A stretch of DNA of 64,000 bases from an uncultured Bacteroidaceae bacterium (GTDB lineage Bacteria; Bacteroidota; Bacteroidia; Bacteroidales; SM23-62), in the NCBI GenBank assembly GCA_964420035.1, contig CAYQQR010000018.1, positions 5,027-69,026 of the forward strand. Direction: 5' to 3'. A model generated the notes under the pieces. The model ran no database searches and was not told the origin of the DNA. It saw nothing but the letters and a program-made list of their open reading frames with translations. Positions within the stretch are counted from its first letter, which is position 1. Each line of letters starts with the position of its first letter. Below are positions 37,989 through 49,245 of this stretch, piece after piece. The translations under genes and the position numbers were made by a program.

Positions 37989-38897
37989 TTACTTTAGTGT
38001 TCCCGCTATAAATACATCAAATACCAGGGTCATTTCCGGGGGAATGATATACCCGTAGTACTGAACAGCCAGCCCTGCAGACCCATAGGCCTTATCGGGT
38101 TCAATGATCCAGCGGGCGCGGGTGTACCTGCGCATTTGTTTGGCAGCAATATCCCATCCTTCAATAACATCACCGGATCCGATGACAAACCTTGTAGGGA
38201 TCTGGCCTTCATTGGTGTCAAATACCCGGCCATCCAGAAAATAGCCCGTAAACTGAACGGCTACCTCATTCCCCGTATCCATCAGTTCCCCCTCTCCTTC
38301 TTCGATGATGGCTACATAAACCCCGTCTGTCTCCTTATATTCCAGGGTGTCATTTTCGATGAATTCATTGATCAATTCCTGCTCATGCGTTTCGGTATCC
38401 AGGATCACATCCAGCAATTTCACATGATAGATCAGGGTCGAATAAGGGGGAATAGATCCGTACCGGGATCCGCCATAGGCCAGATCGGAGGGAATGATGA
38501 AGGTGGCTTCACCGTCTTCCTTCATTTTTCTGATCCCTTCAAAAAAACCGTCGGTCGGCTGTACATAATAGCGATGGGGTCCGTAAAGCCTTGAATCCGA
38601 ATAGATCCGCGCATCCCTGGCTTCAGCACTGTCGGTTGTTTCTACTACCGTACCGTCAATTAAGGTTCCCGTGTATACCAGCTCGATAAGGTCATCGACC
38701 CGCGGGCTGACCCCGGTGCCTTCCACTTCTTCAAGATAATACATACCCGATCCGGTAGGTTCCTGGGTAATGTTGTTATCCAAAAGATAGGCTTCCAGTT
38801 TTCTGCGTTCTTCTTCCTTCTGTTCGGAATCATCATCCTTAAGGCATGCTGAAAGCATCATGACCATCGCTGACAAGAAGAAAATAAAGTATTTCAT
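37989..38897 (-). CDS. Double-domain FKBP-type PPIase lipoprotein
   Basis: Lipobox LSAC; YTGTLIDG..IPSDLAYG..IPPYSTL and FTGYFLDGRVFD..AYG..IPP. Confidence 0.88.
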   Translation of the reverse strand: MKYFIFFLSAMVMMLSACLKDDDSEQKEEERRKLEAYLLDNNITQEPTGSGMYYLEEVEGTGVSPRVDDLIELVYTGTLIDGTVVETTDSAEARDARIYSDSRLYGPHRYYVQPTDGFFEGIRKMKEDGEATFIIPSDLAYGGSRYGSIPPYSTLIYHVKLLDVILDTETHEQELINEFIENDTLEYKETDGVYVAIIEEGEGELMDTGNEVAVQFTGYFLDGRVFDTNEGQIPTRFVIGSGDVIEGWDIAAKQMRRYTRARWIIEPDKAYGSAGLAVQYYGYIIPPEMTLVFDVFIAGTLK

Positions 38898-38966
38898 TTT
38901 TTATCCTTATTTACAATTCTAATGACGCTGCAAATTCTCAAAGCGTTGCGTTGCAAAGTTAAAGAT

Positions 38967-39866
38967 TCAATCTGTATTCTCCGCCGGTTTGATTTCCAGA
39001 ATCGTAAGCTCGTAGATCATCGGTGTAAACGGAGGCACTATTCCCGTTGATGATCCTCCTGCACCGTAGGCCATTTTGGAGGGAAGAATGGCCAGGGCCA
39101 CCTCTCCTTCCCGCATGGTGCCGACCACCCGGTCCAATCCCTCTATCAGCTGATCTTCCTGTCCATAAACCAGGGTAAATGCTTCCCCCAGGGGATAGCT
39201 ACTATCGACGAACCGACCGTTCAGAAAGCGTCCCTTGTAATGGAGCCTAACCGTATCCCCTTGAGCCACGGTTCTCCCGCTGCCTTCTTCTCGGATTAAT
39301 TTGAAATATCCTTCCTGCATCGCATCTGCTTCAGGTAGCCGGTTTTCCAGATAATCCTCCAGTATCTTCTGTTCATATTCAGCCAGGTTGCTGGCCCAGG
39401 CCATAAAGGCCTCTTTTTCCTTTTGGTATTCTTCACTGCTCCGGACCTGCTCCAGCCGTATTCCAACCTTGAATTGCCGGCCGCTGAGATGAGCCGGAGC
39501 GGGTTGATTTGCCGAAGTCATAAAATATTCATCCGCGTCCAGGATGAAAGATGCACTGTCTCCTTCATGCATCAGGAGCAGCATGTGGTCGATGTTGCCA
39601 GCTCCTGCTCCGGACCTTAAATTAAGCGTGATCCTCCTGGAATACAGCAGGCTGTCATCACGGGTATAATAGGCGATCCGAGCTGCAACATGGCTCCCTA
39701 CCTCAGCCTTCCTGTCAGAATTGCCAAGCTCCAATAAATGGTAATAAAAACCATGTTCACTCCTGCTGTAGCCTTTTGGTCTGTTGCAGGCTTCTGCAGC
39801 AAAGATGAGCACCAGGCTGACCAGGATGGGGTTAATCCCGCGAGATGTCAAGTACTTCCAGTTCAT
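38967..39866 (-). CDS. FKBP-type PPIase
   Basis: HYKGRFLNGRFVDSS..IEGL..LPSKMAYG..IVPPFTPMIYEL. Start uncertain. Confidence 0.82.
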   Translation of the reverse strand: MNWKYLTSRGINPILVSLVLIFAAEACNRPKGYSRSEHGFYYHLLELGNSDRKAEVGSHVAARIAYYTRDDSLLYSRRITLNLRSGAGAGNIDHMLLLMHEGDSASFILDADEYFMTSANQPAPAHLSGRQFKVGIRLEQVRSSEEYQKEKEAFMAWASNLAEYEQKILEDYLENRLPEADAMQEGYFKLIREEGSGRTVAQGDTVRLHYKGRFLNGRFVDSSYPLGEAFTLVYGQEDQLIEGLDRVVGTMREGEVALAILPSKMAYGAGGSSTGIVPPFTPMIYELTILEIKPAENTD

Positions 39867-40392
39867 ATAAAATTACCGATCGTCCGGGAATCTTATGGTC
39901 ATCGCCGAGCAAACCGTGGGCCAGGTGCGGGGGCATGATAAAGCGGGCCTTATCGCCTTCACGAAGAAGTAAAATACCCTGTTCCAGACCGGATTCCACA
40001 CCACCCTGACCAATCAGGAATTGCTTTGGATTCAGGGAATCGGAAGCATAGCAGAGGGTGCCGTTCAACAGGTAAACCGCGTAATCAATAGTGGCATAGA
40101 GGCCCCTTTCAGCACGGGGACCGGTTCCGTGTTCATGAATCATGTAATAAAGTCCTGTTTCCGTTCGCTTCATATTCCAGCCCCGCCTCTCGATAAAATT
40201 CCGGATTACCTCGTCATCCTTGGTTACAAGGTGCTTGTTGACCCGTAAAAGGGTCTCTTCGTCAACTTTCCTGCCCGGAACATTATCCCCCGAAGAATCA
40301 TCAGAAGAACTGCATGCCCCGGCCAAGAGCATGAAAATAAATAAAAGGATGAAAAGGACCGCTGCTTCAGGACGAGCTGATCTCCGCTTCAT
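39832..40392 (-). CDS. FKBP-type PPIase lipoprotein (GldI-like position)
   Basis: Lipobox AGAC; TETGLYY, GLEQGI, PPHLAHGLLGDDHKIP; directly downstream of the DHH gene. Confidence 0.8.
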   Translation of the reverse strand: MKRRSARPEAAVLFILLFIFMLLAGACSSSDDSSGDNVPGRKVDEETLLRVNKHLVTKDDEVIRNFIERRGWNMKRTETGLYYMIHEHGTGPRAERGLYATIDYAVYLLNGTLCYASDSLNPKQFLIGQGGVESGLEQGILLLREGDKARFIMPPHLAHGLLGDDHKIPGRSVILYELEVLDISRD

Positions 40393-41404
40393 GTTCTTTA
40401 ATTCTGGATATAAATTCGTTAAGCGCTTCCTGCATGCTCCCATAATATTCACCTCCTGCAGCATTTAAATGTCCGCCTCCTCCAAAGTAAAGCTTTGAGA
40501 ATTCATTGATGGCAAATTTGCCCCTGGACCTGAGTGAAATCTTAATATGGTCTTCCTTTTCAACAAAGAGCGCGGACACCTTAATGCCTTTTATAGAGAA
40601 CGGTAAATTAACAAATCCTTCTGTATCTCCTGTTTTAAAATTATAACGCTCCAGCTCGGTTTTCGTGATGCTGATGGTGGCCGCGGGAACACCGGGTACT
40701 ATTTTAAGTTTATTTTTCAGGGCATGTCCCATAAGCTGCATGCGCTGATAAGAAAATTTCTCATAAACCAGGTTATAGACCTTATCTTTGTCAATCCCGG
40801 TTTTCAATAAGGCGGCAACGGTATGCCATGTTTCCGGTTCAGAACTGCTGTAGCTGAAACAACCGGTATCGGTCATGATGCCCGTGAAGATACATTCTGC
40901 AATAACTTTGTCGATAACCGCCTGGTGTTCCGGCAGGTTCATAAAATCAAAAACCAGTTCGGCAGCGGAGGAAACCGTAACATCCGAAAAGGTCAGGTCA
41001 AAACTGTTTTCCGGCACCGGGTGATGGTCAATCAGTATTTTGAATGCCTTACTTTGCAGAAAAGGCTCCTGCATTACATCCAGACGGTTGGTCTCGTTGA
41101 AATCGAGACAGAACAAAACATCGGCAGAAGACAGCCACGAGGGAACATTATCCGGGTCGGCACCGGTCACCCATATCCGATCGGCCCCTTCCATCCAGTG
41201 CAAAAAATCGGGAATCTCATTCGGTATGGCCATTTGAACCTCCTTGCCCATCTGCTTCAGGAACCAAAAAAGTCCGAGCATCGAACCTATAGCATCCCCA
41301 TCCGGATTGACATGGGAAAGTATCCCTATCTTCCTTGCTGCAGAGAGTTTTTGGATCAACCGTTCCCGGTCGCTTTCTTTCAGGATTTTGCTCGGTTCCG
41401 CCAT
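40367..41404 (-). CDS. nrnA: Bifunctional oligoribonuclease/pAp phosphatase (DHH family)
   Basis: HVNPDGDAIGS, IDHH, GIMTDTG, KISLRS, GGGHLNAAG. Confidence 0.9.
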   Translation of the reverse strand: MAEPSKILKESDRERLIQKLSAARKIGILSHVNPDGDAIGSMLGLFWFLKQMGKEVQMAIPNEIPDFLHWMEGADRIWVTGADPDNVPSWLSSADVLFCLDFNETNRLDVMQEPFLQSKAFKILIDHHPVPENSFDLTFSDVTVSSAAELVFDFMNLPEHQAVIDKVIAECIFTGIMTDTGCFSYSSSEPETWHTVAALLKTGIDKDKVYNLVYEKFSYQRMQLMGHALKNKLKIVPGVPAATISITKTELERYNFKTGDTEGFVNLPFSIKGIKVSALFVEKEDHIKISLRSRGKFAINEFSKLYFGGGGHLNAAGGEYYGSMQEALNEFISRIKEHEAEISSS

Positions 41405-41492
41405 AAAAAGGAAAAAGCAAATATAGAAATAATTGAAAGCACGGCATTTTAAATTTTGTTATCTTCGCCTGAATTTCAAAAACACGATCTGA

Positions 41493-41912
41493 ATGGCTGG
41501 AAGAATTACCCTTACGATGATCAAACCCGGCGCTGTCATGAAAGGACACACCGGAGCTATCCTTAAAATGATTAACGAAACCGGATTCAGGATAAGCGCT
41601 CTGACCATGACCAAGCTCAGCAGGCAGCAAGCCGAAACTTTTTATGCCATTCACCGGAGCAAAGCCTTTTATGAAAGCCTGGTGGAATTCATGTCTTCCG
41701 GCCCCATCGTTGCCGCCATTCTGGAAAGAGACAATGCCGTTGATGATTACCGTGTCCTTATCGGCGCTACCGACCCATCCAGGGCAGAAGACGGTACCAT
41801 AAGAAAAATGTATGCGGAATCAGTGGAACGGAATGCCGTACACGGTTCCGATTCCGATGAAACCGCGGAATTCGAGGCTGATTTTTTCTTTGCCAAGAAG
41901 AACAGGTTTTAG
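41493..41912 (+). CDS. ndk: Nucleoside-diphosphate kinase
   Basis: TMIKP, FMSSGP, IGATDP, NAVHGSDS. Confidence 0.96.
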   Translation: MAGRITLTMIKPGAVMKGHTGAILKMINETGFRISALTMTKLSRQQAETFYAIHRSKAFYESLVEFMSSGPIVAAILERDNAVDDYRVLIGATDPSRAEDGTIRKMYAESVERNAVHGSDSDETAEFEADFFFAKKNRF

Positions 41913-41935
41913 TTGTCGGTTGTCGGTTGTCGGTT

Positions 41936-42226
41936 TTAGCGAAGTACGATCTTTTTGATCAGCTCCTCGCCGGCAAGTTCATTGAGTCGTTTGATGATAT
42001 CCTCCTGCAGCATCTGAAGTTCGTTCCTGACCACCGATGAAGTGAGGTAGACATAGAGCGTACCCTCCTTCAGATAAAGTTTCCCGGTAGCACGCGCTAC
42101 AGATTTGCCCAGCAGATTTTCCCATTCTCCAATTACAGAAGCTTCCTTCATCTTATTTTCCAAACCGGCTTCCTTGAGGAATTCCCTGATTACTTCTCCA
42201 ATATTCCGCGTCTCGGTCCGTCGCAT
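41936..42226 (-). CDS. DUF721 / DciA-like protein
   Basis: Small protein directly downstream of recF; W..LLG..LYV.LTSSVVRNEL. Confidence 0.8.
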   Translation of the reverse strand: MRRTETRNIGEVIREFLKEAGLENKMKEASVIGEWENLLGKSVARATGKLYLKEGTLYVYLTSSVVRNELQMLQEDIIKRLNELAGEELIKKIVLR

Positions 42227-42274
42227 TATAATTATTCAATAACTACAAATATATTTCGTATCCCGTAACCCGAA

Positions 42275-43381
42275 TCATTCCTTTTTTATATCCCCGTTTT
42301 CACCAATCCTGAAGATACGATTTTCTATGGAAGTTTCTTTAATGATGCTTTTCATCCGGTCCTGGCTGGTATCGGTGATGAATATCTGACCGAAGTTATC
42401 CTCTCCCACCAATTCAACGATCTGACGGACCCGGAAGGCGTCGAACTTGTCGAAGATATCATCCAGCAATAAGAGGGGCTTCTTGCCGGCCGTACTGGCA
42501 ATGAAGTCGAACTTGGCCATCTTCAAAGCCACCAGGTAGGTCTTTTGCTGCCCCTGGGAACCCGATTTTTTTATGGGATAACCCGAGATGGTAAGTTTCA
42601 GATCATCCTTATGCGGACCAACGGTGGTGTACATGAGTATACGGTCCTTGTCCCGGTTGCTCCTCAGCAGGTCGGTAAAACCCCCTTCTGATAGCTGGGA
42701 TTGATATTCCAGTTCCACCGGTTCCTTTTCTCCTGAAATAGTGGAATAATAACGCTGAAATATGGGGATGAGCTCACGGGTAAATTCCTTGCGCTTTAAG
42801 TAGATGCCTTGTCCGAACTCCACCAGTTGCATATCGTATACTTCCAGTTGCTGCAAATCCAGCTTCCCCCTTTTATCATGTTCTTTGAGCAGGGTATTGC
42901 GCTGCACCAGTATCTTATTGTAATTGATATTGTCATGCAGATATTCCTTATCGTACTGGGATATCACTCCATTTATAAATCTCCTGCGCTCATCGCTTCC
43001 CTCAACGATGAGGCTGCTGTCGGCCGGGGATACCATCACCACGGGCAAGAGTCCTATATGATCGGCCAGGCGTTCATAATCCTTTTTGTTCCTTTTGAAC
43101 TGCTTTTTCTTCCCCTTCTGAACGCCGCAATAAATCTGTTCATCGCTTTCATTCAAACTGTAGTTTCCCTGGATTACAAAAAAGTCCTTTTCGTGCCGGA
43201 TGTTCTGGGTATCTATAGGGTTAAAAAATGACTTCGTCATCGACAAGTAATAAACGGCATCCAGCAGGTTGGTTTTGCCAACCCCGTTATTTCCCGTGAA
43301 ACAGTTCAGTTTCGGGGAAAACTCCATCTGTGCCTGTTCATAGTTCTTGAAGTTTACCAGGTTGAGATCTTTCAGATGCAT
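42275..43381 (-). CDS. recF: DNA replication and repair protein RecF
   Basis: NFKNY, GNNGVGKTNLLDA, GPHKDDL, SQGQQK, LLLDDIFDK. Confidence 0.96.
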   Translation of the reverse strand: MHLKDLNLVNFKNYEQAQMEFSPKLNCFTGNNGVGKTNLLDAVYYLSMTKSFFNPIDTQNIRHEKDFFVIQGNYSLNESDEQIYCGVQKGKKKQFKRNKKDYERLADHIGLLPVVMVSPADSSLIVEGSDERRRFINGVISQYDKEYLHDNINYNKILVQRNTLLKEHDKRGKLDLQQLEVYDMQLVEFGQGIYLKRKEFTRELIPIFQRYYSTISGEKEPVELEYQSQLSEGGFTDLLRSNRDKDRILMYTTVGPHKDDLKLTISGYPIKKSGSQGQQKTYLVALKMAKFDFIASTAGKKPLLLLDDIFDKFDAFRVRQIVELVGEDNFGQIFITDTSQDRMKSIIKETSIENRIFRIGENGDIKKE

Positions 43382-43389
43382 GTTGGGAT

Positions 43390-43488
43390 TGACGCTCCTC
43401 GCGGCTTGCCGCGAGGAATCATCGATTAATTGTTTATTTTAATGGTGTTCGCTTACCCCGCGGCAGAGCTACGGGGAACGCGCTCGCG
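43390..43488. mobile_element. Non-autonomous twin-hairpin element resembling IS200/IS605 ends
   Basis: Hairpins CCTCGCGGC-TT-GCCGCGAGG (43397-43416) and CCCCGCGGC-AGA-GCTACGGGG (43456-43476). Confidence 0.55.
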
Positions 43489-43646
43489 TAATTCAGGATT
43501 CAGAATTTAAAGTTAATGAATTGTTCTCGATTTTCGGTTCTCTCCCGATAGCAATCCGGACACGGTTCTGTAAAGCTATCAATTAAGATCAGGCTCCCAT
43601 GAACCATTGAATATTGATTTTGTTGTTGTTACATGGATAACAATTC

Positions 43647-44126
43647 ATGCATATGACATTTCGTGGACGTACATTTCACAGGATTGACATTGCGGTAACC
43701 CATTGGATGGCCAGAAACGGGATCTTGCTGCTCAGGATCAGCCTGGGATTTATCTTCATCTGGTTTGGCGCATTGAAATTCATTCCGGGTATGAGTCCGG
43801 CCGAGGACCTGGCCATACGGACCATTGACATGCTTTCTTTCGGCCTGTTCCAGGAGCAGACCATTATTATTGGGCTGGCCGTATGGGAGTTGGCCATTGG
43901 TATTGGATTGATGTTCAAGCTCTTTCTCCGGGAAACCCTGCTGCTTTTGTATCTACAGATGATCGGCACTTTCACCCCGGTGATCTTATTTCCTTCCGAA
44001 GTGTTTACTGTTTTCCCCTATGCCCTGACCCTGGAGGGGCAGTATGTTTTCAAGAACCTGGTGGTGGTATCCGCGGGGATCGTGATTGGGGCGACCGTTC
44101 GGGGAGGGAGACTTACTAATTCATAA
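43647..44126 (+). CDS. DoxX/YkgB-family membrane protein
   Basis: LLRISLGFIFIWFGALKF, E..IG.GL, GQYVFKN; four TM helices. Confidence 0.8.
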   Translation: MHMTFRGRTFHRIDIAVTHWMARNGILLLRISLGFIFIWFGALKFIPGMSPAEDLAIRTIDMLSFGLFQEQTIIIGLAVWELAIGIGLMFKLFLRETLLLLYLQMIGTFTPVILFPSEVFTVFPYALTLEGQYVFKNLVVVSAGIVIGATVRGGRLTNS

Positions 44127-44243
44127 TTCAGGATTCAGCCTGCCTGACGGCAGTCAGGGATTCAGCCCCGATAGCTATCGGGGCAGGATGAGGGTGTGGG
44201 ATTTGGGTGTGGGTAAGGATAATTCGCAATTCGCAATCAGTAA
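44124..44243. repeat. Composite intergenic repeat (GGATTCA heptamers, two palindromes, GGGTGT hexamers, GCAATTC heptamers)
   Basis: taattcaggattcag-cctgcctgacggcagtcagg-gattcag-ccccgatagctatcgggg-..gggtgtgggatttgggtgtggg..aattcgcaattcgcaatc. Confidence 0.75.
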
Positions 44244-44726
44244 TTAGTAATCAAGAGCGACCATCTTGATGGCGGTGATGGCGGCTTCGGTGCCTTTGTT
44301 GCCGTGTTTGCCCCCGACACGTTCCCGGGCTTGTTCCATGTTGTTGGTTGTGAGAACGCCGAAGATAAAGGGCAGATCATAACTCAGGTTGAGTTCAGTT
44401 AAGCCATAGGTGACGCTGTTGCATATATAATCGAAATGCCTTGTCTCACCCTGGATGATGCATCCGAGGCAGATAACGGCATGCAGCTCTTGCTCTTCTG
44501 CAAGTTTTTTTGCCCCATAGGTAATCTCAAAACTACCCGGCACCCATTCGATCAGAATATCATCTTCCCTTGCTCCCTGTTTCTTCAATGCAGCCAGGCA
44601 TGCTTCCAGCAAGGCTCCTGTTATTTCCCTGTTCCATTCCGAAACCACGATGCCGATCTTCAATCCTTCAGCAGAAGGAACTTCTTCAGGATCATAACTG
44701 GAAAGATTTTTTAAACTTGTAGCCAT
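44244..44726 (-). CDS. ribH: 6,7-dimethyl-8-ribityllumazine synthase
   Basis: IGIVVSEWN, VPGSFEI, GCIIQGETRHFDY, FGVLT, HGNKG. Start MATSLKNLS. Confidence 0.95.
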   Translation of the reverse strand: MATSLKNLSSYDPEEVPSAEGLKIGIVVSEWNREITGALLEACLAALKKQGAREDDILIEWVPGSFEITYGAKKLAEEQELHAVICLGCIIQGETRHFDYICNSVTYGLTELNLSYDLPFIFGVLTTNNMEQARERVGGKHGNKGTEAAITAIKMVALDY

Positions 44727-44748
44727 AATTTTAAGGCTCGGTGCACGA

Positions 44749-45444
44749 TCAGGAGGATGTTTCTGCCAGTATCCTGGCCCGGGTAAGATACTTCTCAATA
44801 TTTTCCCGGTTGGCGAAATCCAGGTACTCTTTCTGTATGCGCTCATAGTTTTCCACCGCCTTCTGATACTCAGCCAGCTCTTCATAAACCTGGGCCGCTT
44901 TCATCAGGTAACGGGGGGTGATGAGATTGTTATCGCACATATTGGCGGCTTTCATATATTGCTTGACCCCTGTTTCCATATCTTCCAATTCAACATAGGC
45001 ATCGCCAATGGCACCCTCGGCAATGGGTGCAACCATTTTGTCGCTTGACTTGAAGGATTTGAGGTACTCGATGGCATCCTCATACTGACCCAGCCGCAGG
45101 TAGGAAATACCCGCGTAGTATTTAGCCAGGTTAGCAGACTTGGTTATTTTATATTCATCGATAATATCGAGAAAACCGAGATATTGTCCATCACCCATCA
45201 GGGCGAGATTGAAAGAATCCTGTTCGAAATATTTTTCTGCAACAAACATCTGGGACCGGGCTTCCTCTTCCAGCGGAGCTAAGTAGAAACGTTTGAAGCC
45301 TATGTAAATGACAACTACCGCAACGATTCCCAGTACGATATAAGTCAGGGTCTTTTGATTATCCTCAATAAACTGTTCGGTACGTGTTAAGGCACCTTCA
45401 AATCCTTCGAAGCTGTCGTGTTGTTGGGTCTTTTTCTTAGCCAT
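44749..45444 (-). CDS. Membrane-anchored TPR protein
   Basis: N-terminal TM helix; ANLAKYYAGISYL, GAIGDAY; located directly upstream of ribH. Confidence 0.82.
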   Translation of the reverse strand: MAKKKTQQHDSFEGFEGALTRTEQFIEDNQKTLTYIVLGIVAVVVIYIGFKRFYLAPLEEEARSQMFVAEKYFEQDSFNLALMGDGQYLGFLDIIDEYKITKSANLAKYYAGISYLRLGQYEDAIEYLKSFKSSDKMVAPIAEGAIGDAYVELEDMETGVKQYMKAANMCDNNLITPRYLMKAAQVYEELAEYQKAVENYERIQKEYLDFANRENIEKYLTRARILAETSS

Positions 45445-45509
45445 TTTCTACTCTTTAAAAAATCAACCGCAAAGGTAATGCAATTGGATAAACTTGACAA
45501 TTTAAGATA

Positions 45510-45599
45510 AACTACCTCGCGGCAGAGCCACGAGGTATTAACAAAATTAATACTTCTTCTCGAAGCAGAGCTTCGGGGAACTAACCCCATAGAGATTAG
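45510..45599. mobile_element. Second twin-hairpin IS200/IS605-end-like element
   Basis: TACCTCGCGGC-AGA-GCCACGAGGTA (45513-45537) and TTCTCGAAGC-AGA-GCTTCGGGGAA (45557-45580). Confidence 0.55.
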
Positions 45600-45627
45600 A
45601 AATTCTGAACCGCCTACTGCCAACTGC

Positions 45628-47544
45628 CTACCTTCTTTTCGCCTTCGCCCGCTGCTGCTTCTGCAACTCTACCATTCGCTGCTGCCACCTGGATTTCTTT
45701 TTAGGGGTCTTTTTATTTTGCTTGGCCTTTATCCTGGCATGCAGTTCCTCTTCATTGATCAGCCGTTTGGATAACTGGTTCTGAATGAAGGTGATCAGGT
45801 TGGCCAGGAAATAATAATACGTCAGACCCGCTGAGAAATTATTCAGGATGAGCATGAACATGATGGGCATGATGTACATCATCCCTTTCATGCCGGGCAT
45901 TTGCGAGGATGACATACTGGCCTGGTTGGTGAACCGCATGGTTGCGATGGTAGATACCGTCATCAGCAGGGTAAAGAGGCTCACATGGTCGCCATAGAGG
46001 GGAATATTGAAGGGCAGATCCAGGATGGAATCATAAGTGGACAGGTCCTCAGCCCACAGGAACTTTTCCTGTCTCAGCTCTATGGAAGTAGGAAAGAACC
46101 GGAACATGGCAAAGAGTATGGGCATCTGAAGCAACATGGGAAGGCAGCCACCCATGGGGTTGATCCCTGCCTTCTTGTAAAGGGCCATGGTGGCCTGCTG
46201 CTTTTCCATCTGTTTTTCCTTGCCGAACTTCTCGTTGATGGCATCGATCTCCGGTTTCAGGGCCCGCATCTTGGCCTGAGCCAGGTAAGACCTGTGGGTC
46301 AGGGGATACAGTACAATCTTTATAATGATGGTCAGGATCAGGATGATGATCCCGTAATTTCCGATGAAGTTATTCAACCAGTTAAAAATAGGAATGATCA
46401 CCCAGCGGCTGATGGAACGGCTTATGAAGCCTCCCAGGTTGATGAGCTGGTTCATTTCCGCACCATATGATTTGAGGATCTGGTAGTGGTTGGGACCGTA
46501 ATACAGCGAGAAGGGAAGCTCATATTCGGGTGCAGACTCGTAGGGAAAACCTATGACCGCGTGAAAACGCTTCAGATAGGGACCTTCTTCGAATTTGTCT
46601 GCAACCAGTTTGGCATTCGACATGAGCCCATCCGATCGCAATACCGAGGAGAAGAATTGTTGTTTGAAAGCGACCCATTCCAGCCGGGTGCCAATCACCT
46701 CTTCCTGGGTTTCTTTGTTCGACCGGCCACGGAAATGTTCAACGTCATCCTGGTAGTGCTTATAAAAAAGGTTGGTATAATTATTCTCATTTTGCCGGCC
46801 ACGTTCAAAAGACGGGGCATACACCTGCCAGTCAAAATCCAGGAAATTCGTGTTCTCATCGATAATATCGTCCATATTCACCATGCGGATATTAAAATCC
46901 AGCATGTACTCCCCGGGCTTGAGGGTATATTCATAATCCATGTAGGCATCCGGTCCGGCCTGCAGCCTCATGGTAAGGGTCCGGGTTTGCTTTTCCACTC
47001 TGATGAAATCGGTACTTTCCCGGGGCCGGAAATAAAGGTTCTGTGTGGAAATAACTTTATTACTGGCGTAGAAATTCAGGCTGAAATTGTTGGAATCCCC
47101 TTCGAAAAGGATCAGGGGTTTGTCATCCCAGGTCCTGTAATTCTTTAGTTCAACGCGGTACGGCCGGCCGCCTTTTCTCGATACATCGAGCCTCATAAGG
47201 TCATTTTCCAGGGTGACCAGCCCATCCTCTCCTTGCGCGTTGGCCGCAAAAACGCCGTAGCGTTTTTTCAATGCTGTCGGATCCAGTTCCCGGTCAGGCG
47301 ATTTGGTTTCTATACGATCCCGTCCAAAAGCTTGATCACCGGTTTCGGCATCTTCAGCCTCAGCGGTCTCCCTGCTAACTTCTTCCTCCGGCAGTTCCTC
47401 CTGTTCTTGGGCCTCAACACGTGCGATAGAATCCCGGACACGTTGCGCTTCCCGTATTTCTTCCCTGGAAGGCCGCGAAATAATACTGTAGATAATAAGG
47501 ATTCCGGCTATTAGTATAATTCCTATGATGGTATTTTTGTCCAT
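45628..47544 (-). CDS. yidC: Membrane protein insertase YidC
   Basis: MDKNTIIG, WVAFKQQFFS, YYGPN, GINPMGGCLPMLLQMP, FLWAEDLS, AGLTYYY. Confidence 0.96.
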   Translation of the reverse strand: MDKNTIIGIILIAGILIIYSIISRPSREEIREAQRVRDSIARVEAQEQEELPEEEVSRETAEAEDAETGDQAFGRDRIETKSPDRELDPTALKKRYGVFAANAQGEDGLVTLENDLMRLDVSRKGGRPYRVELKNYRTWDDKPLILFEGDSNNFSLNFYASNKVISTQNLYFRPRESTDFIRVEKQTRTLTMRLQAGPDAYMDYEYTLKPGEYMLDFNIRMVNMDDIIDENTNFLDFDWQVYAPSFERGRQNENNYTNLFYKHYQDDVEHFRGRSNKETQEEVIGTRLEWVAFKQQFFSSVLRSDGLMSNAKLVADKFEEGPYLKRFHAVIGFPYESAPEYELPFSLYYGPNHYQILKSYGAEMNQLINLGGFISRSISRWVIIPIFNWLNNFIGNYGIIILILTIIIKIVLYPLTHRSYLAQAKMRALKPEIDAINEKFGKEKQMEKQQATMALYKKAGINPMGGCLPMLLQMPILFAMFRFFPTSIELRQEKFLWAEDLSTYDSILDLPFNIPLYGDHVSLFTLLMTVSTIATMRFTNQASMSSSQMPGMKGMMYIMPIMFMLILNNFSAGLTYYYFLANLITFIQNQLSKRLINEEELHARIKAKQNKKTPKKKSRWQQRMVELQKQQRAKAKRR

Positions 47545-47577
47545 TTGATCGGGGTCCGCATGGACCGGTATAATTAA

Positions 47578-49215
<1,638 letters not shown>

Positions 49216-49245
49216 TTAAAGGGCAAATGTAAGGAATTTCTCATT

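Noticed and set aside
44727-44748. FMN riboswitch before ribH
   Set aside because: The gap is only ~22 nt and has no riboswitch consensus.
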